From assembly GCA_965242965.1 (NCBI GenBank), contig OZ251518.1:2400001-2464000 (forward strand): a stretch of DNA of 64,000 bases. The letters run 5' to 3'. This stretch comes from Candidatus Poribacteria bacterium. Its GTDB lineage: Bacteria > Poribacteria > WGA-4E > WGA-3G. Every line of letters begins with the position of its first letter. The first letter of the stretch is position 1. Both the position numbers and the translations under genes were made by a program. Below are positions 50,606-60,408 of the stretch, in pieces. The notes under the pieces were generated by a model. That model made no database searches. It worked only from the letters and a program-made list of their open reading frames with translations, and was not told the origin of the DNA.

Positions 50606-51553
50606 ATGGATGAGAAAATCAAAAGAATTCTGACAATTGATGGAGGAGGAATTAAAGGGGTATTCCCATCTTCCTTCCTTGCTACTGTTGAAGATTCAAT
50701 CAAAGACAACGTAGCAAACTATTTTGACTTAATCGTCGGTACCTCGACCGGTGGCATCATAGCTCTGGGCCTTGGGCTTGGATTATCAGCGCAGGAGATT
50801 TTGACGTTTTATGAAGAATCCGGACCTCGGATTTTTGGTGGGAATCGTCTTGGACGGTGGTTGAGAGGGCTTGGCATGTCAAAGTACAATAGCGACCCTC
50901 TTGAGGAAGCACTAAAGGAGTGCTTTGGGGAAAAGAAACTGGGCGATAGCAAAAAACGCCTAGTCATCCCATCAATGAACCTTGAAAATGGCGAGGTCTA
51001 CATCTACAAGACAGCCCATCATCCTCGATTGGAAAGAGATTTCAAGCAAAAGGTTGTTGATGTGGCCCTCGCAACCGCTGCCGCTCCAACTTATTTTCGC
51101 GCACATAGGTCGGATGGAGGAACCCCTCTAATTGATGGGGGTGTATGGGCGAATAACCCCGTGGGACTATCCGTAGTTGAAGCAATTGCGTTGCTTGACT
51201 GGCCAAGGGATTCTTTAAAAATCTTGAGTTTGGGTTGCACTCATGAACCATTAAACGTGAATTGGGGCAGAAAATTCTCACTAGGACGTTTATATTGGGC
51301 ACTAAAATTGTGCGACGTGTGTATGCATGCACAATCCCACGGATCCCTCGGAACAGCGCAACTTCTTGCGGGACATGATAACGTCATCAGGATTAACCCA
51401 TCCATGGCCAGCGGAAAGTTTGGTTTAGATAAAGCCAAGGAAATTTGCTCGCTCAAAGGTCTCGGAGTAGACCAAGCCCGAAAAGCGTTGCCTCAACTCC
51501 GCAAGGTTTTTATCAGCAATCCAGTAGAAGCATTTGAGGCTTTCCACAGATAA
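50606..51553 (+). CDS. capV: patatin-like phospholipase, CBASS effector
   Basis: DGGGIKG, GTSTGG, AAPTYF, IDGGVWANNP; flanked by CD-NTases. Confidence 0.85.
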   Translation: MDEKIKRILTIDGGGIKGVFPSSFLATVEDSIKDNVANYFDLIVGTSTGGIIALGLGLGLSAQEILTFYEESGPRIFGGNRLGRWLRGLGMSKYNSDPLEEALKECFGEKKLGDSKKRLVIPSMNLENGEVYIYKTAHHPRLERDFKQKVVDVALATAAAPTYFRAHRSDGGTPLIDGGVWANNPVGLSVVEAIALLDWPRDSLKILSLGCTHEPLNVNWGRKFSLGRLYWALKLCDVCMHAQSHGSLGTAQLLAGHDNVIRINPSMASGKFGLDKAKEICSLKGLGVDQARKALPQLRKVFISNPVEAFEAFHR

Positions 51554-51569
51554 ACGAAGGTGAAAAAAT

Positions 51570-52640
51570 ATGTTTACTTACTCAAACCAATTCAGTAGGT
51601 CTCTCGATCAGGTCATATCCCAATCGTTGGACATATCTGATGAGCACCACCAACTGGCGGTAGAACGCTATAAATCCATAGGTAACTGGCTAGAACGGAG
51701 AGGGTCTAGAGTCGCTCACTACCGTCCCGAAATCTATCCACAAGGCTCTTTTCTGCTGGGTACAGTTACGCGCCCTGTTTCCAACGCCGAAGAGTACGAT
51801 ATCGACCTCGTGAGCGAACTGAATCTTGAAAAATTCCGAATCAGCCAAGAAGGACTCAAGAACTTAGTCGGGGACGAAATCACGGCCTATGCCCGCACTC
51901 ACTATCTGGATCTGCCAAAGAATGGAAGGCGTTGCTGGACGCTGAATTATCCAGGCAATGCCCGATTCCACATGGACATCTTACCAGCGATTCCAGATGG
52001 AGAATCGTTCAAACAGACTCTCCTGTCAAACGCAGGATCGTTCCCGAATTTCTCTATTGCAATTGGCTTGTCAAGTTTTGCAATTGCAATTACTGACAGA
52101 GATCATTGCAATTACAATAGGATTGATCGGAATTGGCCTCGCAGTAATCCGAAGGGGTATGCAGCATGGTTCATGAACAGGGGACTCAACCGAGACCTGA
52201 CTGATACTCGGGCTGTTGAGGATGTCCCGGATCACAGCGTCAAAACACCCCTCCAGCGGACAGTTCAGATACTGAAGCGTCACCGCGACATCTGGTTTGA
52301 CAAGATGGTGAGGCAGCGCCGCTACAGACGAGACGATAAACCAATCTCTATCATCATTACGACGCTTGCGGCTCACGCCTACGAAGGCGAAAAAGACCTG
52401 CAAGAATCCCTCCAGAATATTGTAAGGAAGATGCCGAGCTCTATTGAGTGGCGATACGGTGGAGTCGCCTACGTACGCAATCCGGTGGATCCGTTGGAGA
52501 ACTTCGCTGACAAATGGCAGGAGCATCCTAGCCGAAAGGTTTGCTTCATGGACTGGCTTCAGCAGGTATCCGGGAAAATGAACGATTACCTGGCAAGGCG
52601 CGATATTTCGGCAATGAAGGCGTTACTACGGTTGCGCTAA
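51570..52640 (+). CDS. cGAS/DncV-like nucleotidyltransferase (CD-NTase) 2
   Basis: YPQGSFLLGT, EYDIDLV, RRCWTLNY, FHMDILPA, SNPKGY, LKRHRD, PISIIITTLAA, NPVDPLENFADKW. Confidence 0.85.
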   Translation: MFTYSNQFSRSLDQVISQSLDISDEHHQLAVERYKSIGNWLERRGSRVAHYRPEIYPQGSFLLGTVTRPVSNAEEYDIDLVSELNLEKFRISQEGLKNLVGDEITAYARTHYLDLPKNGRRCWTLNYPGNARFHMDILPAIPDGESFKQTLLSNAGSFPNFSIAIGLSSFAIAITDRDHCNYNRIDRNWPRSNPKGYAAWFMNRGLNRDLTDTRAVEDVPDHSVKTPLQRTVQILKRHRDIWFDKMVRQRRYRRDDKPISIIITTLAAHAYEGEKDLQESLQNIVRKMPSSIEWRYGGVAYVRNPVDPLENFADKWQEHPSRKVCFMDWLQQVSGKMNDYLARRDISAMKALLRLR

Positions 52641-52716
52641 GACAAAGGAGAGGTTGGAGAGGTGAGTAAGATAGAATCTCTTCGGGTCCTATGCACGTTA
52701 CCGAAGTGAAGCCCCC

Positions 52717-53502
52717 TCACTCCCCCAAAAGCCGCAACTTATTTTCATAAACCTGCCGATAATAATCCGCACGCTTCAGTTCCGATGCCGCCGCCTCGTC
52801 TAGCACGACGACGGTGCGGGGATGCATCTGCAATACGGAAGCTGGCACCTCTGCCGTAATCGGCCCCTCCACTGCCGCCGCAATCGCTGCCGCTTTCGAT
52901 GCGCCGTTCGCTAACAGCAGGCACTCCCGCGCCTCCATGATAGTGCCGACACCCATCGTAATCGCCAGCGTCGGCACTGCATCGATATCCCCCCCGAAAT
53001 GTGGCGCGTTCGCCGCTAAGGTGCTTCGCGTCAACGTCTTAATCCGAGTGCGAGAACCGAGTGAGGAACTGGGCTCGTTGAACCCAATATGTCCCTCTCT
53101 GCCGATGCCGAGGATCTGGATATCGATGCCGCCGGCGCGCGCAATCGCGGCTTCATAACGTTCACAAAACGCCCCGTGGTCTTCCGCAGTATTCTGCGGG
53201 AGATAGCGGTTCTCCTCCGGGATGTTGACATGCCGGAAAAAATGCGCCTCCATGAAGGTATGATAACTGGCCGGATGCGTCTTCGGTATGCCGACATACT
53301 CGTCGAGGTTAAAGGTTGTCACGGCAGAGAAATCGAGTCCCTCTTCGGTGTGCATTCGGACGAGTTCCTCGTAAAGTCCGATGGGCGTGCTACCGGTGGC
53401 GAGTCCCATGACGAGTTCGGGTTTTTTGAGGAGCGCGCGCTTCACGATATCGGCGGCGATGGCGACGAGGTGTGGATACGTCGGTTGAATGATAATTTCC
53501 AT
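52717..53502 (-). CDS. nagB: glucosamine-6-phosphate deaminase
   Basis: GLATGSTP, TFNLDEY, GIGREGHIGFNEP, ITMGVGTI. Confidence 0.95.
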   Translation of the reverse strand: MEIIIQPTYPHLVAIAADIVKRALLKKPELVMGLATGSTPIGLYEELVRMHTEEGLDFSAVTTFNLDEYVGIPKTHPASYHTFMEAHFFRHVNIPEENRYLPQNTAEDHGAFCERYEAAIARAGGIDIQILGIGREGHIGFNEPSSSLGSRTRIKTLTRSTLAANAPHFGGDIDAVPTLAITMGVGTIMEARECLLLANGASKAAAIAAAVEGPITAEVPASVLQMHPRTVVVLDEAAASELKRADYYRQVYENKLRLLGE

Positions 53503-53506
53503 GAGA

Positions 53507-54295
53507 TTACGCGGTGCCGGCGATGATGTTATCCATATCCTCGCTGATTTGATGGACGGTGCCTTCGGGGTTTTCTTTATCAACCGGAAGTTCAGCGGTG
53601 ATGTAGTCGTCGTAGCCGATGTCTGCGAGTGCAGTCATCACAGCGTTCCAATCGATGGTGCAGTCTTCGATCAGGTAGGTGAACCGGCGTTCCTCGGCGT
53701 TGAAGCCTTTCACATGCACTTTGGCGATGCGAGAACCAAGCGAACGGATCCAGTGTTGCGGGAAGCCGTAGAGGACGATGTTGCCCACATCAAAATACGC
53801 CGTGACAGCAGGGCTATCAAAGGCATCGATGTAACTGGCGAATTCAAAGGGACTGAGCAGGAATTTATTCCAGACGTTTTCAAGCGCAATGGTGAGTCCC
53901 TTCGCGGTGGCATGGGGAATCAACTTGCGGATTTCTGTATGCGAACGGTGGTATGCCAATTCATAAGGCGTGGCTTCGTTGACAACAGCCGGAACAAGTA
54001 GCACCGTGTCCGCGCCGATGGCTGTCGCCGTCTCCATGGACTCAAGCACTCCGTCGCGCGAGGCGGCGCGCACCGATTCGTCATCATCGGAGAGCGGGTG
54101 AGACCAGTGTTTGGCGTTCATGACGCTGAACAGCTCTATCCCGTGTTGCGTCGCGAGGTGTTTCGTCTGGAGCCGGTCTGCCTCATTTTCGAGGGTTCCG
54201 ATTTCCACGCCGTCAAATCCGGCGGCTTTTGCGAGTTTGAATCGGGCTTCGGTTGTGTCGCCCGGTAGTGAACCGATACAAATTCCTTTTTTCAT
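53507..54295 (-). CDS. sugar phosphate isomerase/epimerase (xylose-isomerase-like TIM barrel)
   Basis: AGFDGVE, ENVWNKFLLSP, YFDVGN, VHVKGF. Confidence 0.85.
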   Translation of the reverse strand: MKKGICIGSLPGDTTEARFKLAKAAGFDGVEIGTLENEADRLQTKHLATQHGIELFSVMNAKHWSHPLSDDDESVRAASRDGVLESMETATAIGADTVLLVPAVVNEATPYELAYHRSHTEIRKLIPHATAKGLTIALENVWNKFLLSPFEFASYIDAFDSPAVTAYFDVGNIVLYGFPQHWIRSLGSRIAKVHVKGFNAEERRFTYLIEDCTIDWNAVMTALADIGYDDYITAELPVDKENPEGTVHQISEDMDNIIAGTA

Positions 54296-54317
54296 AGTTT
54301 TCCTCTCTTATTTTCAT

Positions 54318-54932
54318 GAGGGTGTTTCATAACTCGTTGTTGTCACAATGGTTTCGTGAGCTCCCGAACGATGCCGTTTCTCCCGTAGGAGAGACCTCCC
54401 GGTCTCGATTTCTTGCCCGTAGGCGAGCCCTCCCGGTCTTGATTTTCCCGTAGCGCGGGGGCCCTCGGAGGTTTCCATACGCGCATCCGAGCGGGTTTCC
54501 CCCGCGTTGGCCATCGTCAAGAGATGGCGTTTTAGGTCCTTTAGGTCCTACATGTCTATAGCAGCACGTGTTGTTCCATTTTCAAGGTCCTTTAGGTCCT
54601 TAATAAAGAACATGCGGCCCTGGCAAAATATTAAGGACCTAAAGGACCTTAGCGTTCTTCGCGTCTGCGCGTGCTATAGACATTCAGGACCTAAAGGACC
54701 TGAAGAGAACAAGAGACGTTTTTTCCGTAGCGCGAGCGATGGCGAGGGAAACCCGCTCGCATGCGCGTGTGGCATGCGAGGGCCCACGCCCTACGATGAA
54801 GGGGGCTTTCTGCCGTTCCCCCAGTATGCGCGCCGTCCTATTGCATCGAGACCAGGAGGTCTCTCCTACCGGCATGCGTCAAGACCGGGAGGTCTCTCCT
54901 ACCCGGAAGCCATCGAGTTATGAAACATCATC
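54318..54932. mobile_element. MITE-like element with REP mosaic
   Basis: TIRs GAGGGTGTTTCATAA / TTATGAAACATCATC; the right end overlaps the holB stop codon. Confidence 0.7.
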
Positions 54933-55884
54933 ATTGCAATAACTTCAGACACATCACCTCCAAAGCCAACGTCGCGTTTGTGTTGGTGTTGTCAATGAGG
55001 GATTTCGTCTGGAAAATGGTTTGGATTGCCTGCTGGAGGCGCAAGCGGGAATAGCGCGGCACTAACGCGCGCAACTCCTCTAGCGAATGGTTGTGCGTAA
55101 TCAACTCCGTAGGCGCGCCTTGGTGTAAGAAAAGCAGGTCGCGATACCACGTCACTAACTCAGCCAACCGTTCTGGTTCGTTCTTGAATTGCTCGGCGAA
55201 CCGAAAGGCTGCCAGCACCTCGGTCTCCTTCAAAATTTCCGGTATCTCCTGCGAGAGCGCGTCGCCTTTTTCCAGTTGCGTCAGTGCTTTGCCGATGGCA
55301 CCACCCGTTGAGATTGCGATAGCTGTCGCTTTCTCGGGGTCCGCCGAAAACCGATGGGTTAAAACCTCCGCCAATTCCTCGGGTTGCATCGCGTGGAATT
55401 GGAGGATTTGGCATCGGGAACGCGTCGTTGGCAGCAACGCCTCAATGTTGGAGGTGAGGAGAATGATGACAGAGGATGCCGGGGGCTCCTCCAGTGTTTT
55501 GAGGAGGCAATTCTCTGCTTCGGCGTTCATCCGTTCCGCCTCTGTTAAGATGTAGACTTTCCTGCTCGCCTCCAACGGTTCGTAGATAATCTGGCTTTGC
55601 ATTTCGCGGATTTGCCCGATTTTCAGGAGGCTGCCCTCGCGCCGGATGAACCGCAGGTCTGGATGATTGCCGGATGTTACTTTGCGGCAGGCGAGGCATT
55701 GTCCGCAGACTATCGGCGGCTGTGCTTCTTGCTGGCAGAAGATGAGCCGCGTGAAGTAGGTGGCCACCGTCTCCTTGCCGACTCCCGATGGCCCGACGAA
55801 GAGATACGCGCCGGCGATTCGTCCGGATGCGACGGTGCGTTGGAGTTGTTCAATGATGTGTTCGTGTCCGATTATGTCTTGCAT
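54931..55884 (-). CDS. holB: DNA polymerase III subunit delta'
   Basis: AYLFVGPSGVGK, CGQCLAC, HPD, AENCLLKTLEEPP, LLPTTRSRC; downstream of tmk. Confidence 0.93.
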   Translation of the reverse strand: MQDIIGHEHIIEQLQRTVASGRIAGAYLFVGPSGVGKETVATYFTRLIFCQQEAQPPIVCGQCLACRKVTSGNHPDLRFIRREGSLLKIGQIREMQSQIIYEPLEASRKVYILTEAERMNAEAENCLLKTLEEPPASSVIILLTSNIEALLPTTRSRCQILQFHAMQPEELAEVLTHRFSADPEKATAIAISTGGAIGKALTQLEKGDALSQEIPEILKETEVLAAFRFAEQFKNEPERLAELVTWYRDLLFLHQGAPTELITHNHSLEELRALVPRYSRLRLQQAIQTIFQTKSLIDNTNTNATLALEVMCLKLLQ

Positions 55885-55905
55885 TTTTTTGTTCTTCTGC
55901 GGTGA

Positions 55906-56292
55906 GGTAGGAGAGACCTCCCGGTCTCGATTTCTGCCTCAAACTGAAAACGTTCATTCACCGTAGCGCGGGGGCCTGTCCCCCGCGAGCGTTCGGTGGA
56001 CCGCAGCATGGCGAGGGACAGGCCCTCGCCCTACGGCAGCAAAAAACGTTCATTCACCGTAGCGCGGGGGCCTGTCCCCCGCGAGCGTTCAGTGGCCCGC
56101 AGCATGGCGAGGGACAGGCCCTCGCCCTACGGGAAGGGAGGCGTTTTTTTACCGTAGCGCGGGGGCCTGTCCCCCGCGAATCCGAGCCGCAGCGAAACCT
56201 CCATATAAACCTAGCATGGCGAGGGACAGGCCCTCGCCCTACGGTGGAGAGGACGTTTTTTTATCGTAGCGCGGGGGCCTGTCCCCCGCGAT
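55906..56292. repeat. tandem inverted REP pairs between holB and tmk
   Basis: AAAACGTTCATTCACCGTAGCGCGGGGGCCTGTCCCCCGCG...GGCGAGGGACAGGCCCTCGCCCTACGG repeated about 3-4 times. Confidence 0.85.
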
Positions 56293-56893
56293 CCCTCTTT
56301 CGATATTCGGCCAAGAGTGCCGCGTGGACAATGTCAGGACATTGCGTTGCATCAATCAATTTCACGCGATGCGGTTCCGCCGCCGCAATGGCAAGATACC
56401 CCTCACGCACATTGCGATGCGATGCCAACGCCTCCTTGTCTAACCGATTCCGGTGCAGCTGCCGCTGCCGTTGCAATCCGATTTCTGGCGGCAGATCCAA
56501 CACAAACGTCAAATCTGGGATGATACCACACGTCGCCTCGTGATTGAGTCGGTTGATGAATGCGATGTCTATCCCGCCGCGATACCCTTGATACGCAACG
56601 GTTGCGTCAATAAACCGGTCGCAGATTACCGTCCGATTTGCTTCAAGCGCGGGACGAATAACTTCGGCGACATGTTGTGCGCGCGCCGCGGCGATGAGCA
56701 GCAACTCAGTCGTCGCCGTTATCCCATCTGCGGTGAGAAAAATCTCGCGGATGCGTTCGGAGATGGGGGTACCGCCGGGTTCGCGCGTGACGATAACGTC
56801 GGTGTCAAGTGCGTCTGCTAAACGTTGAGCCTGTGTTGTTTTGCCTGCGCCTTCCACGCCTTCAAATGTGATGAAAAATCCGTGCTGTGCCAT
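56261..56893 (-). CDS. tmk: thymidylate kinase
   Basis: FITFEGVEGAGKTTQ, TREPGG, CDRF, AYQG, PDLT. Confidence 0.95.
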   Translation of the reverse strand: MAQHGFFITFEGVEGAGKTTQAQRLADALDTDVIVTREPGGTPISERIREIFLTADGITATTELLLIAAARAQHVAEVIRPALEANRTVICDRFIDATVAYQGYRGGIDIAFINRLNHEATCGIIPDLTFVLDLPPEIGLQRQRQLHRNRLDKEALASHRNVREGYLAIAAAEPHRVKLIDATQCPDIVHAALLAEYRKRDRGGQAPALR

Positions 56894-56900
56894 TTATGAT

Positions 56901-56929
56901 ATTTTAGCATTTTGTGGTTTTGATGTCAA
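56901..56929 (-). promoter_or_regulatory. promoter giving a probably leaderless tmk-holB mRNA
   Basis: - strand TTGACA-N17-TAAAAT (TGn extended)-N7-ATG, with no SD. Confidence 0.65.
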
Positions 56930-56982
56930 GATGAAAATTTTTTGTTGCCTGGAGCGGGATTTACAAAAGAGGAGCGGGTGAC

Positions 56983-57704
56983 TGTAGTTCGGGATCGCCT
57001 GATCCCGAACGGGACATGGCAGAACCCCTTCCTGGCCCGTAGCGCGGGGGCCCTCGGATGCCATCCGCGCATCCGAGCGGGTTTCCCCCGCGATCGCCCG
57101 ACTTGCGCGAAAACTGCACGCCAGCCAAAGCCGTTTCCCCAACCGAGGCACGGCGAGGGACAGGCCCCTCGCCCTACGGGCAGCGGCACGTTTTTTTTCG
57201 TAGCGCGCGGGGCTCGGAGGTTTCCATACGCGCATCCGAGCGGGTTTCCCCCGCGATCGTTGGAGTGCGCCGACGATGGCGAGGGACAGGCCCTCGCCCT
57301 ACGGTGTGGGGGGCGTTTTTTTTCGTAGCGCGGGGGACAGGCCTCCGCGAGCTCCATCGTCATGATGTGTGTTTTCCCTCTCTGTAGTTTGTGATCGCCT
57401 GATCACAAACGGGTCAGGATCAGGCGATCCTGACCTACAGGACCTGGCACGAGAACGATGGCGAGGGACAGGCCCTCGCCCTACGATGAAGGGGGGGTTT
57501 TATCGTAGCGCGGGGGCCTGTCCCCCGCGACCGTTGGATTGCGCGGACGATGACGAGGGACAGGTTTTCCCACCGCCCTACGATGAAGGGGAGCTTTCTG
57601 CCGCCCTATTGCATCGAGACCGGGAGGTCTCTCCTACCGGGGAAACGGAATCGTTCAAGGTATCACGAAACCAGTTTGACAACAACGAGTTATGAAACAC
57701 CCTC
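56983..57704. repeat. REP mosaic ending in a solo right TIR
   Basis: Multiple modules; GACAACAACGAGTTATGAAACACCCTC ends at 57704. Confidence 0.8.
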
Positions 57705-57822
57705 AATTAAAAATCGTCTTTACCGAAGAAAACTGCATACTTCTGAAAAAGAATTTGACAAATTCAATTTCTTTGTGGTAATATATTGAAAATCCGCAAT
57801 TCTGAATGGCAATAGGAGAGTT

Positions 57823-60408
57823 ATGAAACAACCCCGGGCAAGAATTTGGCAATTCAAAAATCCAGAGCTCGATGAGAGTTTCGCATTAGCGGCGGAACTC
57901 GGCGTATCGCTCCTCGTCGCGCAACTTTTAATTAACCGCGGCCTGACAACGGCAGCCGCAGCACGCACCTATCTCTATCCGAAGTTTGAGCATCTACACG
58001 ATGCTTTTGAAATGGCGGATATGGCGAAGGCTGTCGAACGGATAAACCTCGCGATGAAACGCGGCGAAAACATCTGCGTCTACGGCGATTACGACACCGA
58101 CGGCACCACGGCAACCGCGCTACTGCTCAACACGTTCCGGCATATCGATGTGCCGGTTGAATACTACATTCCGAATCGGTTTGATGACGGCTATGGGCTC
58201 AGCGAAAAGACGGTGGAAGAGGTGCGCGAGAAAGGCACCGACTTGCTCATTACCGTAGACTGCGGGATTAAGTCGGTTAGAGAGGTGGAACGTGCGAACG
58301 CACTCGGCATGGATGTGATTATCACAGACCATCACCAACCGGAGCCGGGCGCGCGCCCAGCCGCACACGCGCTTATTTCACCGAAAGTTGAGGGCAACGA
58401 GTATCCCTATCCCGAACTCGCCGGGGTTGGATTGGCGTTTAAGGTTGCGCAAGCATTGATACCCGACGATACGGCGTTTCTGGAATCCTTGCTTGATTTG
58501 GTGGCACTCGGCACTGTTGTCGATATCGCGCCGCTGACAGGAGAGAACCGGGTGTTGAGCCGACTCGGTTTGGATGAACTCAACAAACGGAAACGTCCCG
58601 GCATCCGCGCGTTATGCAACGCAGCCGGTATGGCCGAAGGAAAACCGCTTGTAGGACGTTCCCTCTCTTTTGGGCTCGGACCGCGGATTAATGCCGCCGG
58701 CAGACTGGATACCGCGACGAAGGTGGTGCAACTGCTCACCACCGAATCCGATGATGAGGCAAAACGGATTGCCACGGAACTCAACAGCAAAAATCAGGCG
58801 CGCCGTGAATTGGAAGCGGGCATTCGTGATAAGGCGGAAGAGATGATTGTGAATGAGTTGGACGATGACACGAGAGGCATCGTCGTCGCGAGCAATTGGG
58901 GAGATAAGGCGCAAGGCGTGGTGGGCATCGTTGCATCGCGCTTGATGGAAACTTATCACAGACCGGTGATTGTCCTCGCGATTAAGGGTGAAGAGGCTAC
59001 CGGGTCTGGCCGCTGTATTGATGGGATGAACCTCGCCAACAGTTTAATCGCCTGCACGCATTTGCTGATAAAACACGGTGGGCACGAAAAGGCGGCTGGG
59101 TTAACCTTGAAAACGAAAAAAATCCCTGAATTTCGGGAGGCGTTTGACGCTTATGCTCGCGACAATTTGAAAGATGAGCATCTCCAGCCGAAATTATCGA
59201 TGGATTTTGAAACCAGTCTCTCTGAATTAACGTTAGAGACGTTAGCATCCTTGGCTCAACTTGAACCGTTTGGGGAGAAAAACCCGGCACCTCGTTTCGG
59301 CGCGCGCAACGTGAAACTCGCCGGCACCCCTACCCTGATGAGTAACGGGCGGCATCTCAAGATGCATGTTACTGATGGCACAGCGAAGCGCGAGGCGATT
59401 GCGTGGCAGAGAGGCGAACATATTGTCACGTTGAAAGGGCTCACCGCGCCGTTTGGCATCGCGTTTTCGCCGGAGATTAACGAGTGGCAGGGGAACATCA
59501 GAATCCAACTTATCCTTAAGGATTGGCAAATTGGGAGAAACACGCGCGGTGGAAATCGCACGATATTCCCATCCATCACGGACGGAGAGGCAGAACCCAT
59601 CGTCAAGGTTATCAATAGCCGCGGCAGAGATAAGCAGGATTACCTCTTAAAATTGCTTGCGCGCGACGAAGCCGGTGCCATCATCTATGTCCAAAACCGG
59701 GAGATGCTGGAGCTCTTGCTCACGCGGCTTATCCCGGAGAAGGCAGACTGTATCGCGCCGCACGACGAGACTACCCCCGAAGCGGAAGAAGCGGCGTTGG
59801 TGGAAAAATTGGCGCGCGGCGACATTCGGGCCATCGCCTCCAGTGCAACTTTTTCTAAACCAGAGCGGTTTCCTTTCGTCAAACATTTTGTCTTCTGCCA
59901 CTTGTCGCCGACTGCTGATGAATTCTTTCAGCGATGCCAACCCGCTTTCGCCACCGAGGAGACTTCGGGACTGCATCTCATCTACGCCGATGCGGATGTT
60001 CAGTCGATGAACGAGTGGCTGACGCAAAAGTATCCTGCCGAGGCAGCCCTGCGGGAGTTATACGGACAATTGCGTGCCAGGATTCAGAACAACGGAACAG
60101 ATGGATATCCGGTAGTGGACTTGCTAAACGGCACACTGGGAGTGCCAGCATCTGTCCAGAATGGACTTACCATCTTTGAAGAATTGCGGCACATTGAACT
60201 GAACGGTGCGCCGGATGCAGCGCGCGTCCATCTCCTGCCATCGGAGAGGCGCGGGTTGGAGACTTCGCAAACCTATCTGAAGGGGCAGTGGATTCGAGAG
60301 ACGAACCCGGCGTTCGTCGCATTCCAATTGCAGGAAGACATCAAACCGATTTGGGAGCGGATAGCCCATGAGTGTCGAAGCGTTAATCAGCCAAATTCAG
60401 GACTATAA
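57823..60408 (+). CDS. recJ: single-stranded-DNA-specific exonuclease with C-terminal extension
   Basis: YGDYDTDG, TVDCG, TDHH, PRINAAGR, GGH, LEPFG..NP. Confidence 0.95.
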   Translation: MKQPRARIWQFKNPELDESFALAAELGVSLLVAQLLINRGLTTAAAARTYLYPKFEHLHDAFEMADMAKAVERINLAMKRGENICVYGDYDTDGTTATALLLNTFRHIDVPVEYYIPNRFDDGYGLSEKTVEEVREKGTDLLITVDCGIKSVREVERANALGMDVIITDHHQPEPGARPAAHALISPKVEGNEYPYPELAGVGLAFKVAQALIPDDTAFLESLLDLVALGTVVDIAPLTGENRVLSRLGLDELNKRKRPGIRALCNAAGMAEGKPLVGRSLSFGLGPRINAAGRLDTATKVVQLLTTESDDEAKRIATELNSKNQARRELEAGIRDKAEEMIVNELDDDTRGIVVASNWGDKAQGVVGIVASRLMETYHRPVIVLAIKGEEATGSGRCIDGMNLANSLIACTHLLIKHGGHEKAAGLTLKTKKIPEFREAFDAYARDNLKDEHLQPKLSMDFETSLSELTLETLASLAQLEPFGEKNPAPRFGARNVKLAGTPTLMSNGRHLKMHVTDGTAKREAIAWQRGEHIVTLKGLTAPFGIAFSPEINEWQGNIRIQLILKDWQIGRNTRGGNRTIFPSITDGEAEPIVKVINSRGRDKQDYLLKLLARDEAGAIIYVQNREMLELLLTRLIPEKADCIAPHDETTPEAEEAALVEKLARGDIRAIASSATFSKPERFPFVKHFVFCHLSPTADEFFQRCQPAFATEETSGLHLIYADADVQSMNEWLTQKYPAEAALRELYGQLRARIQNNGTDGYPVVDLLNGTLGVPASVQNGLTIFEELRHIELNGAPDAARVHLLPSERRGLETSQTYLKGQWIRETNPAFVAFQLQEDIKPIWERIAHECRSVNQPNSGL

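Noticed and set aside
39956-52716. Integrative element or prophage boundaries for the defence island
   Set aside because: No integrase, tRNA or flanking att-like direct repeat seen
56894-57789. Numerous overlapping 80-145 aa ORFs (also at 6820, 11806-12763, 23445-24238, 34624-35097, 35929-36377, 37423-37905, 54314-54942, 62506-63919)
   Set aside because: Translations of REP mosaics giving recurring peptides such as RGTGPRPT, GACPPR and SRPGGLSY; no RBS or domain evidence
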